The notes under the pieces were generated by a model. It saw nothing but the letters and a program-made list of their open reading frames with translations. It was not told the DNA's origin and made no database searches. A program made the translations under genes and the position numbers. A DNA stretch of 64,000 nt from an uncultured Candidatus Rokubacteria bacterium (GTDB lineage: Bacteria > Methylomirabilota > Methylomirabilia > Rokubacteriales > DASRDR01), in NCBI GenBank assembly GCA_963826115.1, contig CAWGVS010000006.1, positions 160,001-224,000 of the forward strand. The letters are read 5' to 3'. Below are positions 47,387 to 56,789 of this stretch, in pieces. Every line of letters starts with the position of its first letter. Position 1 is the first letter of the stretch.

Positions 47387-48226
47387 CTAGCCGCCCATGC
47401 GCGGCCCCGGGGCGCGCCGGTAGCCCTCGAGGAAGCGCCGGGTCGCCTCGCCGCAGCGTCGGGCCCGCTCCATCACGGAGAGCCCGGCATCCTCGGCGCA
47501 GGGCACCTCGACGGCGATGGGCAGGCCCTCGGGCAGGGCGTCGAGGATGCCGGCGAGCGGGATGTCGCCCGCGCCGGGGTAGTGGCGGTCCCCGCGCGCC
47601 TCGCGCCGGAGCGCGTCGGGGCCGACCGGCCGGGGGCCCCGCGCGTCGCAGATCTGGCTGTAGCGGAGCCAGCGCGGATCCAGGCGCCGGACGTCGTCAG
47701 GTGTGCCGCCCGACCGCCAGAGGTGGAGCGCGTCGACCAGGATGCCGCCGTTCGGCTGCCCGGCGGCGCGGACGATCCGCTCGGCCTGCCCGATCGACGC
47801 CGCGTGCGTGAACGCGGCGAACTCGAGCCCGACGTGGAGGTCGAACTGCGCGCCTTCCTCGCAGAGGCGCGCGAACGTCGCGGTCAGCCGCGCCTCGTCG
47901 GGATCGTTGCCCATCGTCAGGACGTTCCGGGCGCCCAGGCGTCGCCCGACCTCGAGCGCCGGCCGAAGCGCGGCCGCGTCGGTGGCCGGGCCGATCCAGA
48001 TCGACTCCACGTCGAGCACCGTGAGGCCCGTGTCCCGGAGCCGCTCGAGGAGCCGCCGGATCAGCGGCTCGTCGCCGACGACGGGGACGAGGGCGTCGGT
48101 GGGGGCCGGCGGCACGATGCGGAGCCCGATCGCGTCGAACCCGCCCGCGACCGCCGCGTCGACGAGCTCCAGCGGATGGGCGTCGATGACGGTGAGGTGC
48201 GCGAGCGAGAGGCGGGAGGGCGTCAT
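47387..48226 (-). CDS. Sugar phosphate isomerase/epimerase family (xylose isomerase-like TIM barrel)
   Basis: LAHLT, GFDAIGLR, LEF, VDALH.WRSGG, QICDA, PGAGDIPL, VEVP. Confidence 0.88.
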   Translation of the reverse strand: MTPSRLSLAHLTVIDAHPLELVDAAVAGGFDAIGLRIVPPAPTDALVPVVGDEPLIRRLLERLRDTGLTVLDVESIWIGPATDAAALRPALEVGRRLGARNVLTMGNDPDEARLTATFARLCEEGAQFDLHVGLEFAAFTHAASIGQAERIVRAAGQPNGGILVDALHLWRSGGTPDDVRRLDPRWLRYSQICDARGPRPVGPDALRREARGDRHYPGAGDIPLAGILDALPEGLPIAVEVPCAEDAGLSVMERARRCGEATRRFLEGYRRAPGPRMGG

Positions 48227-48255
48227 CGCGTCCGCGGCGGGGCCGATCGGGTGCC

Positions 48256-49041
48256 TCAGGCCGGGAAGTGCCGGTCGAGGAACGCGAAGAAGTCCCGGTT
48301 GAACGCGGCGGGATTCTCGGCCCACGGATAGTGGCCGGAGCCCGGGACCACGGCGAGCTCCGCGCCCTGGATCAGGGCGGCGACACGCTTCATCCCGGCC
48401 GGATGCCCGACCTGATCCACCTCGCCCGCTACCAGGAGCGCCGGCACGTCGATAGCCCGGAACCCCGCGACCGCGTCGGCCTCCGGCCACGTCTGGACGG
48501 CCGTGACCGCCGCCTTCACCGTGGCCGGCGCGGTACGCGACGCCCAGTCGCGCACGAGGTCGACCTCCGGTCCGGCGGCGCCCGGCCCGAGCATGGAGTC
48601 GAGCACCATCGCGTTCGCCGTCACGGGATCCGTCCCCGGCGGTGGCGGCGTCGTGCGCTTCCGCACGAACTCCTCCTGCTCCTCCTTCGTGCGGTTGGCG
48701 AAGTACCCGATGGTCGAGGAGATCACGATGCCGTGCACCAGGGCCGGCGCCTTCAGGCGGATGCGCGGGGTGATCTGGCCGCCCATGCTGTGCCCGTGGA
48801 GCACGTTGCGCCGGCTGCCGAGGCTCCGGATCAGGTGCGCCCCGACCTCGGCCACGACGTCGAAGGTGAAGGGATCGGGCAGGGGGGACAGCCCGTAGCC
48901 GGGCGCGTCCCACGCCACGACCCGGTAGCCTCGCGCGACCAGCCGCTCCGTCTGAAAGCGCCAGTACTCCTTGGCGCCGTAGATGCCGTGGAGGAGGAAC
49001 ACCGTGACCGGGCCGTCCCCGGACACGGTGTGGTCCGGCAT
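48256..49041 (-). CDS. Alpha/beta hydrolase (possible ring-cleavage product or enol-lactone hydrolase)
   Basis: LHGI, WDAPGYGLS, GHSMGG, GEVD, SGHY. Confidence 0.88.
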   Translation of the reverse strand: MPDHTVSGDGPVTVFLLHGIYGAKEYWRFQTERLVARGYRVVAWDAPGYGLSPLPDPFTFDVVAEVGAHLIRSLGSRRNVLHGHSMGGQITPRIRLKAPALVHGIVISSTIGYFANRTKEEQEEFVRKRTTPPPPGTDPVTANAMVLDSMLGPGAAGPEVDLVRDWASRTAPATVKAAVTAVQTWPEADAVAGFRAIDVPALLVAGEVDQVGHPAGMKRVAALIQGAELAVVPGSGHYPWAENPAAFNRDFFAFLDRHFPA

Positions 49042-49059
49042 CCTCACGCCGGCGAGTTC

Positions 49060-49893
49060 TCAGCCGGCATCGACGCGCCAGGCGGCGAAGCCGCAGCCGA
49101 GGTACACCTCCGGGCAGTTGCGGTAGCCGATCAGCTCGAAGCCGCGCCGTCCGGCGGCGGCGTGGGCGGCGACCCAGTTGCGGATCTCGGCCGCGCCGTT
49201 GCCGATCGTCGGCAGCTTGGCGTCGAGGAACTCGAGCAGGGGCCGTTCGTTGCCCTGCTCGAACAGGCGGATGCACTCGCGGTCGAAGGGCTCGTCGATC
49301 TCGCCCATGGTGGGCTCGCCGATCGAGTGGCTCAGTCCGCCGGTCGCGAGCACCGCCACCCGCAGATCCTCGGGATAGCTGCGGATGGCGTCGGCGATCA
49401 TGGCGCCCCACTGGGAGCAGCGCCGGACGCTCGGGAACGGCGGCTCGAGATCGTTGAAGATGATGGGGACGATCGGCGGCAGGGACGTGAATCCGCTCTT
49501 CCACAGCGGGATGCAGAAGCCGTGGTCGAGCGTCAGCTGGTGGGACACCGCCGGGTCGAAGTCGCGCGCGAGCGCGTGCTCCAGGATGTGGTGGGCCAGC
49601 TTCGGATGGCCCGCGATCGTCTTGAAGGGGCACTCCCGCATCCAGGGCTCGGCCGGTCCCTCGTGCGCCTCGCCCACTCCGATGCAGATGCTGGGCAGGT
49701 TGTTGATGAAGAAGTTCACCCAGTGATCGGGGGCGATCTCGACCAGGACGTCGGGGCGGGCGGCACGAATCCGGCGGCCGAGCTCGGCGAGGGCGCGCGT
49801 CAGCTCCTGCTGGTCGGCCGGCTTGATGTTCTTCCAGCCGCGGACGAACAGCGGGGCGTGGCTGGACGCGAACACCCCTACCAGGCTAGCCAT
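49060..49893 (-). CDS. LigB-type extradiol ring-cleavage dioxygenase, catalytic subunit
   Basis: SHAP, PDHWVNFF, LDHG, GGLSH, EIRNW metal and catalytic residues. Confidence 0.9.
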   Translation of the reverse strand: MASLVGVFASSHAPLFVRGWKNIKPADQQELTRALAELGRRIRAARPDVLVEIAPDHWVNFFINNLPSICIGVGEAHEGPAEPWMRECPFKTIAGHPKLAHHILEHALARDFDPAVSHQLTLDHGFCIPLWKSGFTSLPPIVPIIFNDLEPPFPSVRRCSQWGAMIADAIRSYPEDLRVAVLATGGLSHSIGEPTMGEIDEPFDRECIRLFEQGNERPLLEFLDAKLPTIGNGAAEIRNWVAAHAAAGRRGFELIGYRNCPEVYLGCGFAAWRVDAG

Positions 49894-50167
49894 GGCCGGG
49901 TCTCGCGGCGGCGGGCGCGCCGACGCCGCGCACCCTCCGCAGGAACTCCGCCTCCGGCATCCCGGCGACGACGAAGTAGAACCGGAGCAGGTACGGGTTG
50001 ACCCGCGGCGCGAGCGCCACGACGTCGTCGCGCTCGACCGCGGCGCGCACCTCGGGCGCCAGGGGATAGCGCGCCAGGACCTTCTGGCGATCGACCCGAT
50101 ACGCCTCGCCCAGGGACGGCGAGCTGTGGAGATCGAAGAAGAGCTTGCTGAGCCAGTAGTCTCTCAT
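49886..50167 (-). CDS. LigA-like small subunit of a ring-cleavage dioxygenase
   Basis: 93 aa; Y.LSKLFFDL...YPL.PE...AV...D...L...VNPYLL; overlaps the ligB-like start. Confidence 0.75.
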   Translation of the reverse strand: MRDYWLSKLFFDLHSSPSLGEAYRVDRQKVLARYPLAPEVRAAVERDDVVALAPRVNPYLLRFYFVVAGMPEAEFLRRVRGVGAPAAARPGHG

Positions 50168-50214
50168 CGGCGTGGGAGGCGCGCCCGGGCGTCCAGCCCT
50201 CGGCCGCCGGAAGG

Positions 50215-50244
50215 ATCTTGGGTGCGTGGCGGCCGCCCTGTCAA
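50215..50244 (-). promoter_or_regulatory. Putative sigma70 promoter of the ligAB-like operon
   Basis: TTGACA-N18-CAAGAT on the minus strand. Confidence 0.4.
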
Positions 50245-50306
50245 GGGGCCGCGGGGCGCCCCGATCGATCGGGCCCCGGCCGGCGGACGCGATCGCCGTG
50301 GTGGCC

Positions 50307-50312
50307 TATAAT
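50307..50312 (+). promoter_or_regulatory. -10 box TATAAT, likely leaderless start
   Basis: Perfect TATAAT ending 6 nt before GTG 50319 in very GC-rich DNA. Confidence 0.5.
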
Positions 50313-50318
50313 CGCGCC

Positions 50319-51620
50319 GTGAACCCGCCGGACCCGACGGTGGACGCGCGGTCCCCGTTCGCGCTCGCCGTCGGCACGCTCATCGATGGGCGGGGAGGCC
50401 CGCCGGCCGCCGACGTGATCGTCCGCGTCCAGGCGGGACGGATCGTCGCGATCGGGCCGGCCGCCGCGCCCGGCGCGCTCGCCGAGCCCGTGCTCGACTT
50501 CCGCCGACAGGTCCTGATGCCGGGGCTCGTCGACGTCCACGCCCATCCCACGCTGCCCTCGGACCGGCGCAGCCTGGAGGCGAGCCTCGTCGATCCCGAC
50601 GAGCTACTCACGCTGACCGCGATGCGCCAGCTCACCCGTCACCTCCGGGCGGGGGTGACGACCGTTCGCGATTGCGCGTCCCGCGGGCGGACCATGTTCT
50701 GGGTCCGGGAGGCCATCCGGCGCGACTACTTTCCCGGCCCGCGGCTGCAGGTGGCGGGGCGCGCCATCACGCACAGCCGCGGGCACCTCCACTGGTGCGG
50801 GAGCGTCGCGGACACCCCCGACGAGATCCGTCGCGAGGTCCGGATCCTGGTGGCCGAGGGCGCCGACGTCATCAAGGTCGTCGCCTCGGGCGGCGGCACG
50901 CAGGGCGGGATCCCGTATCTGGCCTCCTACACCGTCGACGAGCTTCGGACGGCGGTGGACGCGGCCCACGCGCTGGAGCGGCGCACGGTGGCCCACGCGC
51001 GCTCGACCCAGTCCATCGAGAACTGCGTGCGCGCCGGGGTCGACGCCATCGCCCACGTGGAGTTCCTCGCGCCGGGCGAGGTCGTCGACATGGGCGGAGC
51101 GGGCGCGCCGACCGGCCTGCCCCGGCTGGATCCGCGCGTGGCCGAGGCGCTGGCCGCCTCTCCCGCCTTCCTGGACCTCAACCCGCAGTCGAGCGGCTGG
51201 GACACCGTCCTGCTGCTCCGCCAGCGGGCCCGGCAGGCCGGGCTGAGCGCGAGCGAGCGGACGCAGCTCGCGAACCTGGAGCGCTACTTCGACCACTTCC
51301 TCCCGGTCATCGGCGCGCTCCGCGACCTGGGCCTGGTGGACCGCATGGCCTTCGGGAGCGACGCCGGCCCGTTCGACACCGAGTTCGGTCACCTCGAGTA
51401 CAACGTCGACCTGGCGAGACAGGCCGGCCTCTCGCCGATGGAGTCCCTCCAGGTCGTGACCCGGAACGCGGCGCGCCTCCTGGGGCTGGACGCCGACGTG
51501 GGCACCGTGGAGGTCGGCAAGGCCGCGGACCTCCTCCTGCTCGACGCCGACCCGCTCGCGGACGTCGCGAACCTCGAGCGAGTGGCGGCGGTCTTCCGGG
51601 ACGGCGCGCGCGTGCGCTGA
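50319..51620 (+). CDS. Amidohydrolase family protein
   Basis: MPGLVDVHAH, GVTTVRD, VIKV, AHA, IAH, GSDAG, GTVEVGKAADL. Confidence 0.92.
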   Translation: MNPPDPTVDARSPFALAVGTLIDGRGGPPAADVIVRVQAGRIVAIGPAAAPGALAEPVLDFRRQVLMPGLVDVHAHPTLPSDRRSLEASLVDPDELLTLTAMRQLTRHLRAGVTTVRDCASRGRTMFWVREAIRRDYFPGPRLQVAGRAITHSRGHLHWCGSVADTPDEIRREVRILVAEGADVIKVVASGGGTQGGIPYLASYTVDELRTAVDAAHALERRTVAHARSTQSIENCVRAGVDAIAHVEFLAPGEVVDMGGAGAPTGLPRLDPRVAEALAASPAFLDLNPQSSGWDTVLLLRQRARQAGLSASERTQLANLERYFDHFLPVIGALRDLGLVDRMAFGSDAGPFDTEFGHLEYNVDLARQAGLSPMESLQVVTRNAARLLGLDADVGTVEVGKAADLLLLDADPLADVANLERVAAVFRDGARVR

Positions 51621-51660
51621 GAGCTGCCGAGCCTCGCCGGGCTCCGGGCGGCTCTGACCG

Positions 51661-52887
51661 TCAGGTGCCTCCGAGCGCGGGGGCGCGGCGCACCCAGCGG
51701 CCGTCCTTCAGGATTCCCGGAATCCGGTCACGATCCTCCAGGATCCGGATGCTCGCCAGGGGATCGCCGTCGACGACGAGGAGATCGGCGGCCTTGCCGA
51801 CCTCGACGGTGCCCGTGACGTCCAGCAGATCGAGGAGCTCCGCCGCGTTCCGGGTCGCGGCGACGATGGTGTCGGCCGGGGACAGGCCACCCTCGACCAT
51901 CAAGGCCAGCTCCTGGGCGTTCGCGCCGTGTCGATTGAAGGGCGTCCCGGCGTCGGTGCCCATCGCGATGCGCACGCCGGCTCGGACGGCCTTGCGGAAG
52001 CTCTCCCGGTGGATCTCCAGGACGCCCGAGGCCTTCGTGACCACGTACGCGGGGATGCCCGCGCTCGTGCCGTGCCGGGCGATCATGGCGGGAGCGACCA
52101 GCGTCGGCACCAGGAACGTGCCCCGCCGGCGCATTTCTTCGATCACGGCGTCGTCGAGGTAGACTCCGTGCTCCACCGAGTCGACGCCGGCCAGCACGGC
52201 GTTCTTGATTCCGGCGTTGCCCTGAGCGTGGGCGATCGCCCGCCGAAAGGCCTTGTGGGCCTCGTCGACGCCCGCCGCCAGCTCCGCCTCGGTGAAGGAG
52301 GACGCGCGCGGGTCGACGCCGGGCGTCATCCCGCCGCCGGTGGCCGTGAACTTGATGCAGTCCGCGCCGGCCTTCAGCTGCTCGCGCACGGCGCGCCGCA
52401 CGTCGTCGGGCCCGTCGGCCTCGCGGCCGATGAACCACCCATGCCCGCCCGTCATGCAGATGATCGCCCCGGCGGCGCGCATCCGCGGCCCGGGCACGCG
52501 ACCCGCCGCGATCGCCTCGCGGAGGCGGATGGCCACGCCCGCCCGCGCGCCCACGTCCCGGACGGTGGTGACGCCGGCCTCGACGGTCGCGCGGGCGTTT
52601 GCCGCAGCGGTCCAGGCGAGGTCCGGCACCGGCACCGTGGCAGCCTGCTCCACGTCCTTCGGGTCGCCCGCGAAGGTCAGGTGGACGTGGCAGTCGATCA
52701 GCCCGGGCATGAGCGTGCGGCCCTGGAGATCGAGCACCTCGGCCTCGCCGCCGGGGTGCGAGCCGCCCACGGCCGCGATCTTGCCGCCCTCCAGCACCAC
52801 GTCGACGCTCGCGCGCGGTGGCGCGCCGGTGCCGTCGAGAAGGCGCGCGTTCCGGAGGACCGTCCGGGGAGGCGAGTCAAGGACCAC
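51661..52887 (-). CDS. Amidohydrolase family protein (Xaa-Pro dipeptidase-like)
   Basis: MPGLIDCHVH, TGGHG, CIKF.ATGG, AHAQG, SVEHG, MGTDAGTP. Confidence 0.92.
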   Translation of the reverse strand: MVLDSPPRTVLRNARLLDGTGAPPRASVDVVLEGGKIAAVGGSHPGGEAEVLDLQGRTLMPGLIDCHVHLTFAGDPKDVEQAATVPVPDLAWTAAANARATVEAGVTTVRDVGARAGVAIRLREAIAAGRVPGPRMRAAGAIICMTGGHGWFIGREADGPDDVRRAVREQLKAGADCIKFTATGGGMTPGVDPRASSFTEAELAAGVDEAHKAFRRAIAHAQGNAGIKNAVLAGVDSVEHGVYLDDAVIEEMRRRGTFLVPTLVAPAMIARHGTSAGIPAYVVTKASGVLEIHRESFRKAVRAGVRIAMGTDAGTPFNRHGANAQELALMVEGGLSPADTIVAATRNAAELLDLLDVTGTVEVGKAADLLVVDGDPLASIRILEDRDRIPGILKDGRWVRRAPALGGT

Positions 52888-52898
52888 GGTCTCTCGGA

Positions 52899-53954
52899 TC
52901 AGCCGGGCTGGTGGCCCGGATCCAGACCGCGCAGGAAGTCGCGCACGAGACGGAGCCGCGGCACGGCCACGCCCGACCGCTCGCCCCGCTCGACCAGGTC
53001 CGCGAAGACGTCGTCCACCTCGATCGCGCGGCCCGCCCGGAGGTCCTGGGTCATCGACGCGAAGCTCTCGACGCCGCCGGTTGCCGCGGGCGCGAGGAAC
53101 GCCTTCTGGCCGAGCGCGGCGACCGTCTCCTCGTCCGGCCGCGTCACGTAGGTCCGGATCGGGAAGTTCGTGTAGTCGCCGACCGGCACGCCGTGGGCGG
53201 CGGCGATGGCGGCGGTTTCCCGGACAAGCCCGAGGTAGGCGCGGATCAGGTGCGGGTCCCGGAAGAGCCGGGGCGTGCTGATGCGCAGCACCGACGTGAC
53301 GCCGAACACCCCCGCCGCGTTGCAGGCCTTCGACCACAGGACGGTCCGGATGTCCGGCGGCGCCTCGACCGGGATGCCGGCCGCCCGGAGCCGCTCCATG
53401 GCGTCCGCGACGCGCGCGGTCGGCGCGGCCGGTCCCGTCCCGATCTCGCCGAGGAAGGTGCAGCCGAGGCTCGCGACCGCGATCTCCCCCTCGGACCGCC
53501 GCTCGCCGCCCAGGATGGTCACCGCGCCCACGACCCGCTCGGCGCCGAAGATCTCCGCCAGGACGTCGTCCTTCGCCATGCCGTTCTGGAAGCCGCCGAC
53601 CCAGGCGTCCGCGTCGCCCGGCGCGGGCCACTTCGACTTCACGTGCGCGGCGGCCTCGCGGAGGTGGTGCCCCTTCGCCGCGAACAGGACCGCGCCGCCC
53701 CGGGGGAGGTCCGCGGGATCGCCCGTCAGGCCGACGACGCCCGCCGGCGCCGGCGCAGGCCCCAGGGGGACGTCGAGCGTCACCACCCCGCGGAGCCGGA
53801 TCGTCTGGGCGTTCCGGAGTCGGTCGAGCGTGCCGGGCGTCGCGAGCAGCGTGACCGGCTGGCCGCTCCGGGCGAGCAGCGCGGCGAACGCCTGGCCGAG
53901 CGACCCGGCGCCGACGAGGGCCAGCGCGCCGACGGCTGGCGCGCTACTCGGCAC
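52899..53954 (-). CDS. Ketopantoate reductase (PanE/ApbA) family protein
   Basis: VGAGSLG, AAKG, FQNG, LWSK...NAA, ASMTQDL..GR.IEVD. Confidence 0.85.
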   Translation of the reverse strand: MPSSAPAVGALALVGAGSLGQAFAALLARSGQPVTLLATPGTLDRLRNAQTIRLRGVVTLDVPLGPAPAPAGVVGLTGDPADLPRGGAVLFAAKGHHLREAAAHVKSKWPAPGDADAWVGGFQNGMAKDDVLAEIFGAERVVGAVTILGGERRSEGEIAVASLGCTFLGEIGTGPAAPTARVADAMERLRAAGIPVEAPPDIRTVLWSKACNAAGVFGVTSVLRISTPRLFRDPHLIRAYLGLVRETAAIAAAHGVPVGDYTNFPIRTYVTRPDEETVAALGQKAFLAPAATGGVESFASMTQDLRAGRAIEVDDVFADLVERGERSGVAVPRLRLVRDFLRGLDPGHQPG

Positions 53955-54921
53955 GGAGGTCGCGAATCGCGCGGACGACGGCGTCCACGTCCGGCACCAT
54001 GGCCTTCTCGAGCGGCGGGCTGTAGGGCGTGGGCGCGTGGAGCCCGTTCAGTCGCCGGATCGGTGCGTCGAGGTCGTCGAACCCCCGGTCCGCGACCTGG
54101 GCGGCGATCTCGGCGCCAATCCCGCACGGGCCGAAGGACTCGTCGGCGACGAGGAGCCGGCCGGTCTTGTGGACGGACTCGAGGATGGCGTCGAGGTCGA
54201 GCGGCGCCAGCGTGCGCGGGTCGATGACCTCGACGGAGACTCCCTCGCGGGCCAGAATCTCGGCGGCAGCGAGGGCGCGCGGCACCATGACCGCGATGCC
54301 GACCACCGTCACGTCGGAGCCCGTGCGGGGGACCGCGGCGCGGCCGAACGGCACCAGGTGCTCGCCGTCCGGCACCGGGCCCCGCGTCTGGAGGAGCGAG
54401 CGGTGCTCCATGAACACGACCGGATCGTCGGACCGGATCGCGGTCTTCAAGAGCCCCTTGGCGTCGGCCGGCGTCGTCGGGACGGCGACGCGGAAGCCCG
54501 GGATGTTCGTGAATATCGGGTAGTAGCTGCCGGAGTGGTGCGTGGCCGCCGCGTGGCCGATCCCCACGCATCCCCGGAGGACGATGGGCATCCGCAGCCG
54601 GCCGTCGGACATGTACTGGATCTTCGACGTCTGGTTCAGGAGCTCGCCCAGCGCGTCCAGCGCGAAGTCGAAGAACATGTAGTCGACGACGGGCCGCGTG
54701 CCCGTCATGGCCGCGCCGGTGCAGAGGCCCGTGAAGCCGCGCTCGGTGATGGGCGTGTCCCGGAGCCGCTCGGCGCCGTGGCGCTCGAACAGCCCCACCG
54801 TCGTGTTGAAGTTGCCGCCGCGCGCGCCGATGCCCTCGCCGACGACGAAGACGCTGGGATCGCGGGCCATCTCCTCGCTGAGCCCTTCGCGGGCCGCGTC
54901 GGTGAACGTCAGCTCGCGCAT
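53944..54921 (-). CDS. 2-oxoacid/acetoin dehydrogenase E1 beta subunit
   Basis: VGEGI, DTPITE, DFAL...L.NQ, DAKGLL, EVIDPRTLAPLD, KTGRL. Confidence 0.93.
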   Translation of the reverse strand: MRELTFTDAAREGLSEEMARDPSVFVVGEGIGARGGNFNTTVGLFERHGAERLRDTPITERGFTGLCTGAAMTGTRPVVDYMFFDFALDALGELLNQTSKIQYMSDGRLRMPIVLRGCVGIGHAAATHHSGSYYPIFTNIPGFRVAVPTTPADAKGLLKTAIRSDDPVVFMEHRSLLQTRGPVPDGEHLVPFGRAAVPRTGSDVTVVGIAVMVPRALAAAEILAREGVSVEVIDPRTLAPLDLDAILESVHKTGRLLVADESFGPCGIGAEIAAQVADRGFDDLDAPIRRLNGLHAPTPYSPPLEKAMVPDVDAVVRAIRDLRAE

Positions 54922-55925
54922 CACCGCACCTCCCCGGGCTCGGCGTAGACGTGCCGCGGCGCGGTCGCCGGATCCGGCCACGGGCTCGCCTCGGCGAACT
55001 GGGCGGCCTCGGCCACCAGGGCGGAGACCTCCTGGTCGATGCGGTCGAGGTCCGTCGCCACGACCTCGCCCGAGCCGAGGAGCCGCTCCCGCCAGCGCGC
55101 GATGGGACACCGCGCCTTCCACGCGTCGACCTCTTCGCGGCTGCGATAGCCGGCGTCGCGCATGCCCTCCGAGTGGGCGCGCGTCCGGTAGGTGAGGCAC
55201 TCGAGGAGGGTCGGCCCCTCGCCGCGCCGCGCTCGCCGCACCGCCACGCCGGCCGCCTCGTGGACGGCGCGGACGTCGTTCCCGTCGACGCGGACGCTCG
55301 GCAGGCCGTACGCCGCCCCCCGCGCCGCGACGTCCGGATTGCCCGCCACGGCCTCGAAGGGTACCTCGGTCGCGTAGAGGTTGTTCTCGCAGACGAACAG
55401 CACCGGGAGGCGCCAGATCGCCGCCAGGTTCAGCCCCTCGTGGAATGCCCCGTTGTTCGTCGCCCCGTCCCCGAAGAACGCGACGCTGACGCGGTCCTGC
55501 CCGAGGAGACGGTAGCTGTACCCGGCGCCCGCCGCCATCACGATGCTGGGCCCGACGATGCCGCTCGTCCCCAGGAGGCCGACCTCCGGCGCGAAGAGGT
55601 GCATGCTGCCGCCCCGGCCCCGGGAGCATCCCGTGACGCGCCCGAAGAGCTCGGCCATGAGCGCGCGCGGGGACACCCCCTTGGCGAGCGCGTGCCCGTG
55701 GCCCCGGTGGGTGCTCAGGACCGTGTCCTCGGGGCGCAGGTGGGCGCACACGCCGGCGGCGACCGCCTCCTCGCCGACGTAGGTGTGGCAGGCGCCGTGC
55801 ACCAGCCCCGCGGCGTGCGCCCGGGCGAGCGCCTCCTCCGTCCGCCGGATGAGGACCATCTCGCGATAGAGCGCGAGGCCTTGCTCCCGCGTCGGTCCCG
55901 GAATCCGCTCGCTCACCGTCGCCAT
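54921..55925 (-). CDS. 2-oxoacid/acetoin dehydrogenase E1 alpha subunit (TPP-dependent)
   Basis: HTYVGEEA, STHRGHGH, GRGGSMH, FFGDGATNNG, ENNLYA, TYR..AH. Confidence 0.94.
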   Translation of the reverse strand: MATVSERIPGPTREQGLALYREMVLIRRTEEALARAHAAGLVHGACHTYVGEEAVAAGVCAHLRPEDTVLSTHRGHGHALAKGVSPRALMAELFGRVTGCSRGRGGSMHLFAPEVGLLGTSGIVGPSIVMAAGAGYSYRLLGQDRVSVAFFGDGATNNGAFHEGLNLAAIWRLPVLFVCENNLYATEVPFEAVAGNPDVAARGAAYGLPSVRVDGNDVRAVHEAAGVAVRRARRGEGPTLLECLTYRTRAHSEGMRDAGYRSREEVDAWKARCPIARWRERLLGSGEVVATDLDRIDQEVSALVAEAAQFAEASPWPDPATAPRHVYAEPGEVR

Positions 55926-55949
55926 CGTCGTCCTTTCACGCGCGCCTGG

Positions 55950-56789
55950 TCAGAGGTCGGTCGGCCAGACCTTGCTGCCGCCCGCGTTCAACGCGAGGTT
56001 GCCGCCGTCGACGGGCAGGCTGTGGCCGGTGATGAACGCGGCCGCGTCGGAGGCCAGGAAGAGGACGGCCTTCGCGACGTCCTCGGGCTCCCCGATCCGG
56101 TCGAGGGGAATGCCGCGCACGAAGCGCTCCTTCAGCGTCGTGGGATCGAGCCGCGGATCGGCCAGCATCCGGTCCATCGCCTTCGTCATCACCTGAGCCG
56201 GCTGGATCGCGTTCACCCGGATGCGGTGGGGCGCCCACTCGACGGCCAGCTCGCGCGTGAGCTGGATGATGCCGGCCTTCGTGACGCTGTAGACGAAGTT
56301 GCCCCGGCCGAGGGCCGAGCTGCCGGCGATCGAGCTGATGCTCACGATGCTCCCGCCGGCGCCGCGCGCGATCATGCGGCGGCCCGCCTCGCGCGTCGCG
56401 AGGAAGGTGCCGTCCAGGTTGACGCCGACCACCTTGCGCCAGTCCTCGAGGGACAGCGCCTCCGGGCGGGCGCGGTGGCCGACGCCGACGTTGTTCACCA
56501 GGATGTCGATCCGGCCGAACTCCCGGTCGACCGCGCCCATCATGGCGAGGACGTCGTCCGGCTCGCCAAGATCGGCACGGACGGCGGCCGCGCGGCGGCC
56601 GAGCGCCTGGACCTCCCGCGCCGTGCCGGCCGCGCCGTCGCCGTCGACGTCGCAGACGAGCACGTGGGCCCCGGCGTGGGCGAGGGCGAGCGCGACGGCG
56701 TGGCCGATGCCGCCGTTGGCCCCGCCCCCCGTGACGAGCGCCACGCGGTCGTCGAGTCCGAACCACTCGACAAGCTTCGAGCGGCTCAT
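55950..56789 (-). CDS. SDR family oxidoreductase
   Basis: TGGGANGGIG, LVNNVG, YSVTK, ITGHSLPVDGG. Confidence 0.9.
   Translation of the reverse strand: MSRSKLVEWFGLDDRVALVTGGGANGGIGHAVALALAHAGAHVLVCDVDGDGAAGTAREVQALGRRAAAVRADLGEPDDVLAMMGAVDREFGRIDILVNNVGVGHRARPEALSLEDWRKVVGVNLDGTFLATREAGRRMIARGAGGSIVSISSIAGSSALGRGNFVYSVTKAGIIQLTRELAVEWAPHRIRVNAIQPAQVMTKAMDRMLADPRLDPTTLKERFVRGIPLDRIGEPEDVAKAVLFLASDAAAFITGHSLPVDGGNLALNAGGSKVWPTDL

Noticed and set aside
51490-51860. Inverted similarity between the ends of the two convergent amidohydrolase genes as a mobile-element terminal repeat
   Set aside because: Explained by the shared C-terminal protein motif (TRNAA.LL...GTVEVGKAADLL..D.DPLA) in paralogues; no transposase
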